Assembly: GCA_032718475.1 (NCBI GenBank) | Contig: JAUCBJ010008173.1 | Location: 15,334-79,333 of the forward strand | Reading direction: 5' to 3' | Length of the DNA: 64,000 nt | Origin: Nemertoderma westbladi | Lineage: Eukaryota; Animalia; Xenacoelomorpha | Part shown: one piece after another, positions 53,513-64,000 of the stretch | Layout: each line of letters starts with the position of its first letter | Numbering within the stretch: the first letter of the stretch is position 1 | The notes under the pieces: model-generated | Seen by the model: the letters and a program-made list of their open reading frames with translations, nothing else | Databases searched by the model: none | What the model was told of the DNA's origin: nothing | Position numbers and translations under genes: made by a program

Positions 53513-54819
53513 TGCATTGAATTTAACAAGTGTAATATGCTTTTGCCATGAAATTTAGGTATTATAGGAACAGCACTCACTTATTTTACATCTGCGGTAG
53601 CATTTCATCGCGGCGACGTAAAAAACGAATGTAAAAAAAAAACCATCATAATAAAATTTCGATAACTCACCATTTTCTGTTTTCAGTTCGGTTGAGATCT
53701 GGAATGTTACTGCGTGTTAGCAAAAGGTACCGGTACTTACTTCACTCAGGATGTAATATTATGGTTTTGTTCAGAAAAAATGAGAAAGCGCCTCACCGGG
53801 GGTTGAACCAGCGCTATTTTTTATTCAACTCCAATTTATTTTTTCACTCAGCAGGATAATATTCAGATGGAATAACTATTTAGGCCTACATACTTGTGTG
53901 TAAAGTAGCACTTTCAGTGTCATGATCTGAGTGCTTTGTTACACGAACGAACGTAGTGAGTGAGTGAAAATAAAGCCATACGAGGATCAGAACACTGTAA
54001 AGTACTTTGCAACAAGTACGTATGTAGTTTTACTACAAAATTGTAACATTACGAAATGATTGTACATATACATTATAAGTGATAGAAACCGCGCAAATTA
54101 AATTACAGTAGTTACGGTATAAATAAATGTAAAAATGACCTAAATTATGTTATAAAAAAGTTAGCTTATATTTATGGTGGCGTTTGGATAGCTACTGGTT
54201 ATTAATAGCTACCGGTAGATAATGCAGTAGGCCTATCTGGCTGTCAGGCAATTAATTAAAATGCCACCTATTGTTTACGTGGTAACCAATGACGGCGTAA
54301 TTGTAAAATCACGCCGTCATTGGTGGGTTTGTCTTTTTGCCGTATGTGTACGTATTTGAAAGAGTTCCCGTAGCCTACCGTAGGCTACCGTATGTGGGAC
54401 GTATTTACCCGTATTCAGGAAGCAGAATCAGTGCACTGCTTACAGCTAACGGTACTGTAAGTGGCAACATGGCCTGTGTTTTTATACTACATGTTCGGGA
54501 AGCCTGGAAGGATCTCATTTCCACTGTCCGAGTTCGCTCGACTTAGTAGTAGTAGTATACTACGTGTTCTATGCTCCCGGTACCAGGGGTTTGGAAATTC
54601 TCTGCGAGTTTTATTTTTATTTTTTTTCAAGGATATTTTTTATTATTTATCATTATTATGAAATAATGATACATCAAAATAACCGTAGGGCCAATATTCA
54701 TCATTGTTTTATAAAAAGTTATGATACTGTAGGTATACTTTGCGCATGTGGGCCTACTGTGCTTTTTAAATAACTCCAGTATAGTTAGTACATACGTACA
54801 TTCCAGTAAATATAGTATA

Positions 54820-54995
54820 ACACGAAGTGGGGCCTTCGCGCAGCACGTGACTTGAACTTATGTTAAGTGTCAACCCGAAAGAAATATTTGCAAAATGTAA
54901 ACATGTCCCCTAGTCACAATAACACCTAGAGGCAGGCAGACTGAGTAATTGCAATCGATTTAAGACTTCACAAAAACTCAGTCTGATGTCTAGAA
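54820..54995 (+). mobile_element. Truncated third copy of the 39091-40363 element family
   Basis: Begins ACACGAAGTGGGGCCTTCGCGCAGCACGTGA, identical to 39091. Confidence 0.7.
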
Positions 54996-55169
54996 TATAT
55001 ATAAATGTAATAAGAGGTCTAGAATATATGTAAATGTAAAAGTAAAAAAGCAGGCCTACATTTTCTTCGACTATTAGGCCAAATTACGCACAAAGTCTGG
55101 CGACTTATTTCCAGTGCGGTCCCCCAGAACTATACTCCTCAGAGTAAACTTCAGTACTCATTACTTTTT

Positions 55170-55979
55170 AGCGAACGTATAGGAACCAAACCATATGTTA
55201 GAAATCGTATAACTGATGTTTATTCAGTTATTCAGCTTGGGAAGAGTTCCTATCTGAACCGATTCTTAGACTTATAACGGATTACACAAATAAATTTGCG
55301 CACGATAATTTGGAAATAGACCTTCAATTAACTGTTACTGAGCTAGAGGCACATATTGGTTTACAATATATTCGCGGAGTTTATGGTAAACACATTCCTC
55401 TAGATTCTCTATGGAATAAAGATGCAGGAATCAAGATATTCCCAAATACAATATCGCGAAACCGATTCCGCCTAATAAAACGATGTTTTCGGTTTGATGA
55501 TAAGAGTAAAAAAAATGAGTCATTTTGCTACTGATAAGTTCACTCATAAGAGAGGTATTCGACAAGTTTGTGGAAAACTGTTTGAGCAAATATCCCATCA
55601 TATTCACTAACGATTGATGAACAATTGTTACCCTTCAAGGGGAGGTGTAATCTAATAACTTTTATGCCTAATAAACCGGATAAATATGGCATCAAATTTT
55701 GGGTTTTGGTTGATCTAGAATCTAAATACGTTATTAGAATATTCAACAGAGGATATAATGTGACAACAGATAATTTTTTCACGTCACTCCAACTAGCTAA
55801 GAGGTTGTATGATAAGAAAACATCTATAGTTGGTACAATGCGTAAAAACAAGAGAGAACTCTGCCCTAAGATGCTCGATTGTAGTGGAGGAAATGTCTTC
55901 AATAGTACTTTCTTTCATGAACCTGATAGTACAGCAGTTGTTGTCTCTTTATCGACTAAAACTAAACAAAAACGTATTG
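55170..55979 (+). pseudogene. piggyBac transposase remnant (frameshifted, internally deleted, 3'-truncated)
   Basis: SRNRFRLIKRCFRFDD, TIDEQLLPFKGRC, MPNKPDKYGIKFW and NVTTDNFFTS...IVGTMRKNK are piggyBac DDD-domain motifs. Confidence 0.9.
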
Positions 55980-56289
55980 TGTAAAAGCTTCTGTGGGATA
56001 TAACTGGCCCCTTTTGCTTCGCAATCCAGTTTCCCCCCAGGCGCTGGAATACTCTAAAAAGGTTCTCTAACTGTATATATATTCCCCTCGCCCGCAAGGT
56101 ACCTTTACAGGTGTTTTAACGGACATAAGAATCATTCTGCTATATACGTGTTTTGGCGGACATGGTAAGGCAAAAAACTTGTAACGCACCAACTACCTTT
56201 CACAGCTTAGCCGTGATGATTCATATTACGACATCTAGCAGCTGGTTGCTGACATGGAAACAGCCACTGGACGCGTGGTTCTTTGTTTG

Positions 56290-56330
56290 GCTTGGGCCAA
56301 TCAGGGCGGTTTTTCCTGTCGACGTGTAGC
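56290..56330 (+). promoter_or_regulatory. Candidate promoter (CCAAT box and GC box) upstream of the Gag-protease ORF
   Basis: GGCCAATCAG at 56295-56304, GGGCGG at 56304-56309, and a donor-like GTAAGA at 56423. Short motifs only. Confidence 0.35.
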
Positions 56331-57589
56331 TTTTAGTCGATCATAAGGAGAGTGTTCAGTCTTACTGCCTTACTTGATACTTTGTTGTTATTGCTGTCTA
56401 AGCCAGAAACACCGGCTTTTTGGTAAGAACTCTAGTAAACTGCTTAGATTATAGAAAGTATAACTGTTACCGGCGGTGTTACCTCACTTGATTTAACTGC
56501 ACTAATCATATTGTTTGTACTGCTATTTACCGTCAGTTATTAATTGTATCTATTTGTTGATGGAAATATTGCTCTTTGGAGAATACGGATAAATCACCCA
56601 AAATTCCCAATTTTCTTGATACACTACAGGTTAGAGAGGCGGGCTATATATAACAATTGCGATTTATATCAATGTGGTGTGTATTGAATCTAATGTTATT
56701 TAGTAGACACTACCTGAGTCAATTGCTGTTCTCTTTATGTGTGATCAAATATACTGACGGTCGGCAGAATAGTGTGCATGATTGTGAGTGTGATGTGACT
56801 GGTAACAAAGCATTTCCTAAAGAATGCGACTTATACTTTAATCATAAGCCTTATCGTTGCGTTTAGTATAAGTCCTAGCTCTGTTTAAATAGATAGAGCG
56901 CCACGTCCTAAAGGAACTGTTAATATTTCCCGAAAGTTAATAATATCTGTCAGAAATTACATATTAGCGATCAATCGAATAATACAGTAGGCTTACACTG
57001 CAACCTTACACTGCAAAAATAAAATCTAAGCATCCGAATTCAGCCTCCCGGGTGTAGATCCATCGGGTGAATGATCGCGCATGGGCTGGCTTCGGCTAAT
57101 GTTTTGTTTATTAGCATAAAATATTGTCGTATGCTAAAGGTGTGTTAATTAACTAAAAGACATATAAATTTTGGCAGGTTAAACTGCTAAAGGTCTTCAA
57201 AAGCGCGAACAGTAACAGTTAATATTCTTATTGCAGTAGGCAATAAGGTTGCAAGTGTAGGTATTAAATACAGTTTAATACTGTTCTGTCGAACAGTAAC
57301 AGTTTATAATCTTATTGCAGTAGGCAATAAGGTTGCAAAATACCGTAGTGACTGGTAAAACTGAACCGGTACTTTGTAGGTCAGTAGGCCTAACTGTCAT
57401 CACCGGTACCGGTACTGCTGTACAAGTACATTTAGTATTATTCGATTTGATTATTGTATACTGGTAGGTCTTAGTACTTAATCAGGGACTGCAGCCCTGA
57501 ATTTTTATTGAGATTCTACTTATTTCTGTCGGTTTTATTTACTAGTAGGCTAATATTGAGCAGAAGGCGTGTGACCCTGCTCAGATTGT

Positions 57590-58160
57590 TCAGATAATTG
57601 TAGGCTGAGTTGCTGTCTGACTGTTGTTGAGTTTGGAGAGATTGCGGCGTGTGTAGAGTTTGTCTGATAAAGTGCCGTTAGTAAGTTGGGGCAGCCATAT
57701 GCTGAAGGTCAATCCCCTCTTAAAGAATAAGTCGTACTACCGTGTTAGAACGCATACTAACTAACAGTTTCAGAGTCTGCATATACTGTAGTTTATCTAG
57801 GCTTGATCGTAGTCTGCCAGTGTTTTAGCCTGTGTTTGTTTGTGTGGTCTGTTCAGGTACCGTAATAGTTATTACTCAAATATTTGTAGGCTGGATTGTT
57901 GTCTGGCTATTTTTGGGTCTGAAGGGATTGCTGCGTGTGTAGAGTTGGTCTGATCAAGTGCCGTTAGTAAGTTGGGGCAGCCATAAGCGGTAAGGTCAAT
58001 CCCCTCTTAAAGAGTAAGTCGTACTACCGTGTTAGAACGCATACTAACTAACAGTTTCAGAATCTGCACATACTGTGGTTTGTTTAGGCTTAATAGTAGT
58101 CTGCCAGCGTTTGGTTTGTATTTGTTTGAGTATTCTGTACGGGTAGCGTAATATTTATTA
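57590..58160. repeat. ~286-bp tandem duplication, each unit containing a candidate short non-coding exon
   Basis: TTGTAG|G...GTGCCGTTA|GTAAGTTGGGGCAGCCATA at 57603/57681 and 57889/57967. Confidence 0.75.
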
Positions 58161-59484
58161 TTCAGAGTTTATGCGATTATTCGCAACATTCATGTCCCCA
58201 AGTTTATTCCTACAGTAATTGTGCTTGTTATACATACCGTTATAGTTAAACTAACCCCGGTACTACATCAGGGCTGCTTGGCGTAGGTAAAGACTGACGA
58301 CTTTGTGCTTCGGTCACTCCAGCAGATGCCGTGGTTCTTTTAACTGTTCAAGTATATTTAACTACTGATTATTTGTTATACCGGTACTTGTACCTAATTT
58401 AGGGTTTAGTGTACAGTGCTATCCGAAGTAATTAGTGTAGGCAGTATATTTGTGTTGTAAAGTGGTTGATAGGCACATTCGTTAGCTCTATTAGCTTCTG
58501 GGTAGGAACAATCCGTGATACATAACGTAGTACCTATAGCGATACGGTTATAGGTCGTCAGACGGTGGTATTTTCCTATCTGGACAGTACAATATATTTA
58601 CTACTACTTATTATTTCAAATACCATAGTACCCTGTCCGTTGTAATACAGTAATAACCAGAATTCTAACCCTTTGTTAGGCTGGTTTGTAGACTTCCTGT
58701 AAAATTACCCTAAAAATTTCGTACGTAATATTTTGTTGTGTTTAATTAGAGAATTAATCTCACCCATATCGTAAGTAATTTGTAGTATTAAGTAACTTAG
58801 GTAAATTAGAATTATCAGTTTTAGTGTCAAATAAATAGCACTTCACTGAGAGGCGTTCAGCTTCTGTGTAGTGACTCCCCCAGAAATAATAACATTTATT
58901 TCAAATATTGACAAAAACCCATATAACGGGTATATAAATATTATAAATCAAATCAAACGATTTATAAATAGTAGGCCTGTCATACAACAACTAGGTCTCA
59001 CTATCAGTTGGACTACTGCTTAAATAACGGTAATAAAGTAAGTTAAAGTAACTAAGTAACCCTAAAATATTCAGAAATTCAATTATTTTAAAAATAATTG
59101 ACATACCGGTATTTACCATAGGCTTATTATATTTATTTCTATAAATTTGTGCTGAAATCATACCGGTACTCTGTAATTAATTATAGTCCAGAATTATACT
59201 TATATACTATAAGTGTAGGCTGTATACCGGTATTCACGATAGGCCTATTATATATTTATATATATTTGTGCTAAAATTATATACCGGTACTCTGTGACAA
59301 ATCTAGTCTGTAATAATACTTATATATATATTATAAGCATACCGGTATTCTAATATATTATATATATATCACGCTACACTGAGTAGCAGTATCGGTAATT
59401 AATTATTAGGCTAACAGTGATACTGAATTACTAGACTTGCTTTAACTGTAATATAGCAGTAGGCATTCGACTGTACAATCAAAC

Positions 59485-62400
59485 ATGGCTGACACAAGGC
59501 AAACTCTGTCAGATAGTCTCCTAGAAACAACAGCCTGTTTCTCAGATCAAAGTGTAGAGAATCCCAGACCGAGGTCTGAAACCCCTCATACTGTAAGAAG
59601 GGCAACCCCTGCAGTGGTTGTGACAGAACCTAGGTTGGTAGAAAAGATTTCGCAATTTGCGAAGTTAGTGAAGCGCCGTTGGTCTGCCATAGGCACTCGG
59701 GCCCAAGTCAAGCGGGATCAAGAAGAAGCTATAAAACAGCAGCAACCTCCTAGCCAAGAACCTGGTTCTCAGCGGCCCGATAGCTCCAGTAGTTCGGATA
59801 CTGTTGAGCGGACGCCAGAACGCGGAGCGAAGATGGCGGATACGGTTTATGATGGGCGGCCAGCCTGTGGGGAATCAACCGACGCCACTTCTTCTCAAGT
59901 GGAAAGCGAGGTGGAAAGCGAAGTGGAAAGCGAATTAACATCAGCAGAGAAGCCGCGAACTAGAGACGCTATCGACATTTATTTGTCCGACTATCAGCGA
60001 TTCCTAGGAGACGAAGAGTTGAGGAGACGGCTGTCTGGACTTTCCCCTAATAGTGAAGGAACCAAGCTTGTGTTGGACGCAATCGATGCCGAAATGTTAG
60101 CTGCAAACCAAGCTGAATGTGATGAAAAACTCCGCCTCATTAGAGTCCGAGAAGAACAAATAAAGAAAAGAAGGATAGAGGAACAAAAGGCGGCGGCTAT
60201 GGCAGATGCAGAAGCAGAAAGAAAAGCAGCAAAGGCGGCGGCTATGGCAGAAGTAGAAGCAGAAAGAATAGCAGCAAGGGCAGCAGCGGCAGAAGCAGAA
60301 GCAAAAGGAAGGGCAGCAGCGGCAGAAGCAGAAGCAAAAGGAAAGGCAGCGGCGGCAGAAGCAAAGGCGGAAAGGGCAGTGGCCGAAGCAGAACGGAGAG
60401 CCTCTGAGCAGACTATCCAATTGGAGTTGGAAAATCTGCAAGAGACGCAAGACAGTATAAATAAACAGTTTACTGCTAATCAAATGCAGATGATGAGTCG
60501 ATCTACTCCCAAGCGCCAAGGATACACATCATCGGAGGAAGGCGAGACCACCGATCCTGAAGGCGGAGGAAATAGATCTCGTCTAAGCAGGCGTAGAAAA
60601 ACATCTCACCGTCATAAACTGCCTGATTTGCCCCCCGCTGTTAAAAGACAGCTAACTAGCACAGATTTAGGTAGTGCAGAACCCATAGAACAATTTATCC
60701 AGGTCAAAAGACTCCCTACTATAGTCGATGAACCTGAAATAATTAGGCCTGTAGTTCCCAAAGTCACTTCTGTGCTAGAGACCCCTACACTTCCAGAGCT
60801 TAACTCTAAATTCCCTTTACATAGCACTACACTGCCTGTACCCGGTGGAACAGTCCATGCAAATACCCCTGTCCAGATAGCAGAGAGAGAAATCAATAAT
60901 TTGTCTCCCGTCGTCCCGCGTCAGCCCGCTACTATGTTGGCGACTCCCGCTTCGGCGGTTGAGTGGGTGGAAGAGGGACGGCGGAGGATGAATCTCCTGC
61001 TGGGACAGATGCAGGAGACTGTCCACCAACTTAAGGGAACAGTGAGGGAAGGTAGAGCAGAGTTGCAAGAAGTGCAGCAAAGTATCGCGCTAGAACGCGA
61101 CAAATTAGTCAATATACAAAAGGGCATACCAATACCTCCTGTAACATTGTGTCAACCTGTTAGGTCTGAAGTACTACATGCGCAAGGTGTGGAGCCTACA
61201 CGCATCTATACTGCTAGTGAAGTTGAAACTCCTATAGCAAACCCTATTAAGGGTGATCATAAACCTGTTATTAATGATATTCCCTATAGACCTGATAATG
61301 ATCCGAGAAATTTATATACCGATAATTCGATATTAAATAACACGATGGTCCAAGAAAGCTTTACGCGTCAGATGGCTAGAACAGAAGCCCGCCAAGCGGT
61401 CAAAGTGGGAGAGATCGTCAAATTCAATGGAGATGAGATGAAATGGTTACCTTTCAACGAATATTACAAAGATAGCATACAGAATTCTGTACTATCTAAC
61501 GGAGAGAAACTTAGATTCCTCATCAAATGTTTGGAAGGACCTCCCAAGTTAATGGCGTTAAAGTTTATTGGACATCCAGAAGGATTAAGACAAGTTTGGG
61601 ATACATTAAACATCAGGTATGGTAATAAGGATAACATAGCTAAGTATTTGTATGCAAAATTAGTAGCCCCCCGACACTTCCTTAGTAGCGGGATTATAGA
61701 GTTTTCAGATGAAATTCAAGAGATCTGTAGACAACTGGACTGGTTAGGTAAGTCGCATGAATATCAGAGTTCCATGGTTATTGGAGCCGTAGTCTCTACT
61801 TTACCAAAGGGTGGAGTATGTACACGCTGGGACAAGAAAGTGTTGTACATGAATGAACAACAACGACGAAGTCCTACCATGGCTGATCTCATGTCCTTCT
61901 TAGATAATGAAGTAAAATTACAACTCATAAAGCAGTCCAGAGAGAAAACATCGGAAAATAAGGTAAGTGAGAAACCCGTTTCTAGGAGAAGGATAATACC
62001 AGTGTGTTATACTGACGACGGCGAAAGCCAAGCTTCTCAAGAAGAGGACAGCGGGAAAGACACAGCAAAATCTTACTATGACAACAAGACCTATAAAGAC
62101 GTAAGTAAATACAAGTCTCGAACCAGTGACAGGAGAGAACAGGTAACAACAACTCCTCCTACGTCTCCTAAGAGAATTCACGGAAGAAAGCCCGAAGAAA
62201 GAACGAGAGTGCAGAACGTTAACCAAGTTAAGGTGAGTAACATCAAACCAAAATGTGCGCTGTGCGACGGGCCCCACCGTTTGAGTGCGTGTGCAGAATT
62301 CCTAAAGAAATCCATGGCAGATAGACGTGGAGTCCTGTGGGATAAGCGGTTATGTTATAACTGTCTCAGACGCGGACACCAGCGGCGAACCTGTTACTCT

Positions 62401-63687
62401 GACGCAAGGTGTGCTAAGTGCGGCGCGAAACATCATAGCTTGTTGCACACGGAATTCGAACGAAACAGCCCGAGTCAGGTAAGTGAGCCCAAATCACATG
62501 TCCAATTCAGTGATGTGAACGACACTGACCAAAGTTCTGAGTGGGAAGGATTCTATACGGACGAATTCTCCGATGCCAACGAATCCTGTTATCTAATAAA
62601 TACCGCAGTGTATCGAGCACTTATGTACGAAAAAGACACCGACACGGAGTTCCCCCCAACCACCTTTGACAAACAACCATCTTGGAAAGCTCCAGCTTCC
62701 AACGTAGGAATCAGAGAATTTCCTGTAGTTCAAGTAAGAGTTCACGGTCTTAACAAAAGCTACATAGTGAACGCCCTCCTTGACTCCGGCAGCACAGGAA
62801 CATTCATCGATCAAGAACTAGCCGAAGATATCTTTGCTGGACAACCCAAATTCCAAACTAAGTTGAATATGTCCGGAATTATGCAGGTTTGGAAATCTAC
62901 CATAACGGCAGATTACTATGTAGGTGCGTTGTCCACCCCCCAGGATAAATTAGGAGCACAAAGTATAAGGTCAGTAAAAATGGTGGCTATAAAGAACTTC
63001 GCTACTACCCAAGCAGACCTTTATAATTGGGACGAGGATGAGAGCATCCAACATCTTAAGATACCTCGATTCCAGACAGATTATCCTGGAGTGCAAATAC
63101 TTATCGGCCAAAACGCGCACGAGGCGCTCGAGACATTGGAAAAACGACCTGCTCAACCGCAGCCACTACAAACCTATGCGGTAAGAACTAGAGTAGGTTG
63201 GTACTTTACTGGTCCTTCCCGCAGAACTCTCGAAGAGAGACTACCATCAGAAAGACTATACCAGATAAATGGTTTGGAAGTGGAGAGCAGTGAAGTGGAC
63301 GAACTAACTGAGGGAACACCATACTCCTCAGATAATGACGATATTAACTCCAATGAAGATCAATGGAGACATCGCCCCGAGATGATTAATCTAGCCGACA
63401 TCGCTTCCAGAGGAGCGACTCCTCAAGAACGGATAGATACTCCCGGCTGGTTAGGTGGACCCGACTCCCTAAGTAAAGAAGAAGATGAATGGCCTCCTCA
63501 TCTTACCACGGCGGAGAGTAGACAGGCCAAGGGAGCGGAGAAAGTAACACGACAACCCAATCACCCAGCTGGTCGTTTATGTTTACTGGAAAGAGACCAA
63601 AAACTGTCCGGAAACTATGGAAGGCAAGATACTCTTCCTACGACCACTTCCCTAATCCGACAAATATCTAGGGACTCCATAACGTAA
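59485..63687 (+). CDS. BEL/Pao-derived Gag + aspartic protease protein (1400 aa) lacking RT, RNase H and integrase cores
   Basis: DUF1759-type capsid region (KFNGDEMKW...EKLRFLIKCLEG...WDTLNIRYG); three BEL-type Zn knuckles (CALCDGPHRLSAC, CYNCLRRGHQRRTC, CAKCGAKHHSLLH); protease ALLDSGS at ~62782 and ILIGQN. Only stubs of the RNase H end (QWRH..NLADIASRG..WLGGP) and integrase end (RLCLLE) remain. Confidence 0.9.
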   Translation: MADTRQTLSDSLLETTACFSDQSVENPRPRSETPHTVRRATPAVVVTEPRLVEKISQFAKLVKRRWSAIGTRAQVKRDQEEAIKQQQPPSQEPGSQRPDSSSSSDTVERTPERGAKMADTVYDGRPACGESTDATSSQVESEVESEVESELTSAEKPRTRDAIDIYLSDYQRFLGDEELRRRLSGLSPNSEGTKLVLDAIDAEMLAANQAECDEKLRLIRVREEQIKKRRIEEQKAAAMADAEAERKAAKAAAMAEVEAERIAARAAAAEAEAKGRAAAAEAEAKGKAAAAEAKAERAVAEAERRASEQTIQLELENLQETQDSINKQFTANQMQMMSRSTPKRQGYTSSEEGETTDPEGGGNRSRLSRRRKTSHRHKLPDLPPAVKRQLTSTDLGSAEPIEQFIQVKRLPTIVDEPEIIRPVVPKVTSVLETPTLPELNSKFPLHSTTLPVPGGTVHANTPVQIAEREINNLSPVVPRQPATMLATPASAVEWVEEGRRRMNLLLGQMQETVHQLKGTVREGRAELQEVQQSIALERDKLVNIQKGIPIPPVTLCQPVRSEVLHAQGVEPTRIYTASEVETPIANPIKGDHKPVINDIPYRPDNDPRNLYTDNSILNNTMVQESFTRQMARTEARQAVKVGEIVKFNGDEMKWLPFNEYYKDSIQNSVLSNGEKLRFLIKCLEGPPKLMALKFIGHPEGLRQVWDTLNIRYGNKDNIAKYLYAKLVAPRHFLSSGIIEFSDEIQEICRQLDWLGKSHEYQSSMVIGAVVSTLPKGGVCTRWDKKVLYMNEQQRRSPTMADLMSFLDNEVKLQLIKQSREKTSENKVSEKPVSRRRIIPVCYTDDGESQASQEEDSGKDTAKSYYDNKTYKDVSKYKSRTSDRREQVTTTPPTSPKRIHGRKPEERTRVQNVNQVKVSNIKPKCALCDGPHRLSACAEFLKKSMADRRGVLWDKRLCYNCLRRGHQRRTCYSDARCAKCGAKHHSLLHTEFERNSPSQVSEPKSHVQFSDVNDTDQSSEWEGFYTDEFSDANESCYLINTAVYRALMYEKDTDTEFPPTTFDKQPSWKAPASNVGIREFPVVQVRVHGLNKSYIVNALLDSGSTGTFIDQELAEDIFAGQPKFQTKLNMSGIMQVWKSTITADYYVGALSTPQDKLGAQSIRSVKMVAIKNFATTQADLYNWDEDESIQHLKIPRFQTDYPGVQILIGQNAHEALETLEKRPAQPQPLQTYAVRTRVGWYFTGPSRRTLEERLPSERLYQINGLEVESSEVDELTEGTPYSSDNDDINSNEDQWRHRPEMINLADIASRGATPQERIDTPGWLGGPDSLSKEEDEWPPHLTTAESRQAKGAEKVTRQPNHPAGRLCLLERDQKLSGNYGRQDTLPTTTSLIRQISRDSIT

Positions 63688-64000
63688 TAACATATGGAGT
63701 GGGTGTGTGACTATATCATTTTATATTTGTTTTTATTTTATGTTTATGTATGTATTATTATGTAATATTATTATAATCGTTTTCTTTAATTTTATTTGGT
63801 AGAATGTTATTTTAGGGATTATTTAGTAGATTAGTGCAATATATTAGTGTTTATTACGTACGTAATTATTTATAATATATATTTAGTGCGACGGCGAGAA
63901 ATAATTATTTTTTCTCTTTCCTTACTGTCCGTATCATATTATAAATACGTGACTACAGTAAGATGAAATGTCCGTACTTATTAAAGTACAATAAAGCCAC

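Noticed and set aside
63695-64000. Polypurine tract plus 3' LTR starting TGTGACTATATC at ~63705
   Set aside because: No matching 5' copy was found upstream in the window. The sequence reads equally well as an AT-rich 3' UTR.

Overview
AT-rich, repeat-dense genomic DNA from an animal, most likely an invertebrate; the species cannot be identified from the sequence. Host genes are sparse and mostly single-exon: a PAN/Apple-domain exon (136-438), a C11orf96/DUF4695-like ORF (14341-14751), a standalone cereblon CULT-domain exon (16099-16520, minus), an intronless SIK kinase (20302-22422, minus) and an intronless Bcl-2 family gene with an atypical BH1 (50652-51353). The rest is mostly mobile DNA: a near-intact CR1/L2-type LINE, an RTE LINE, tRNA-derived SINEs, Helitron/Helentron-like elements, nested MITEs with readable target-site duplications (TSDs), a piggyBac remnant and several minisatellite arrays. 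Leading candidates for new biology: (1) a 1400-aa BEL/Pao Gag-protease ORF that has lost RT, RNase H and integrase by in-frame deletion and sits behind a gene-like promoter and candidate spliced leader; (2) two inverted Helentron-like elements carrying CTCF-consensus motifs at ~146-bp spacing in divergent orientation; (3) a LINE inserted in frame just after a host splice donor; (4) a recurrent signature of short palindromic insertions; (5) two CAGT-ended transposons with 5-bp TSDs. All family assignments come from motif recognition by eye; no database search was run.
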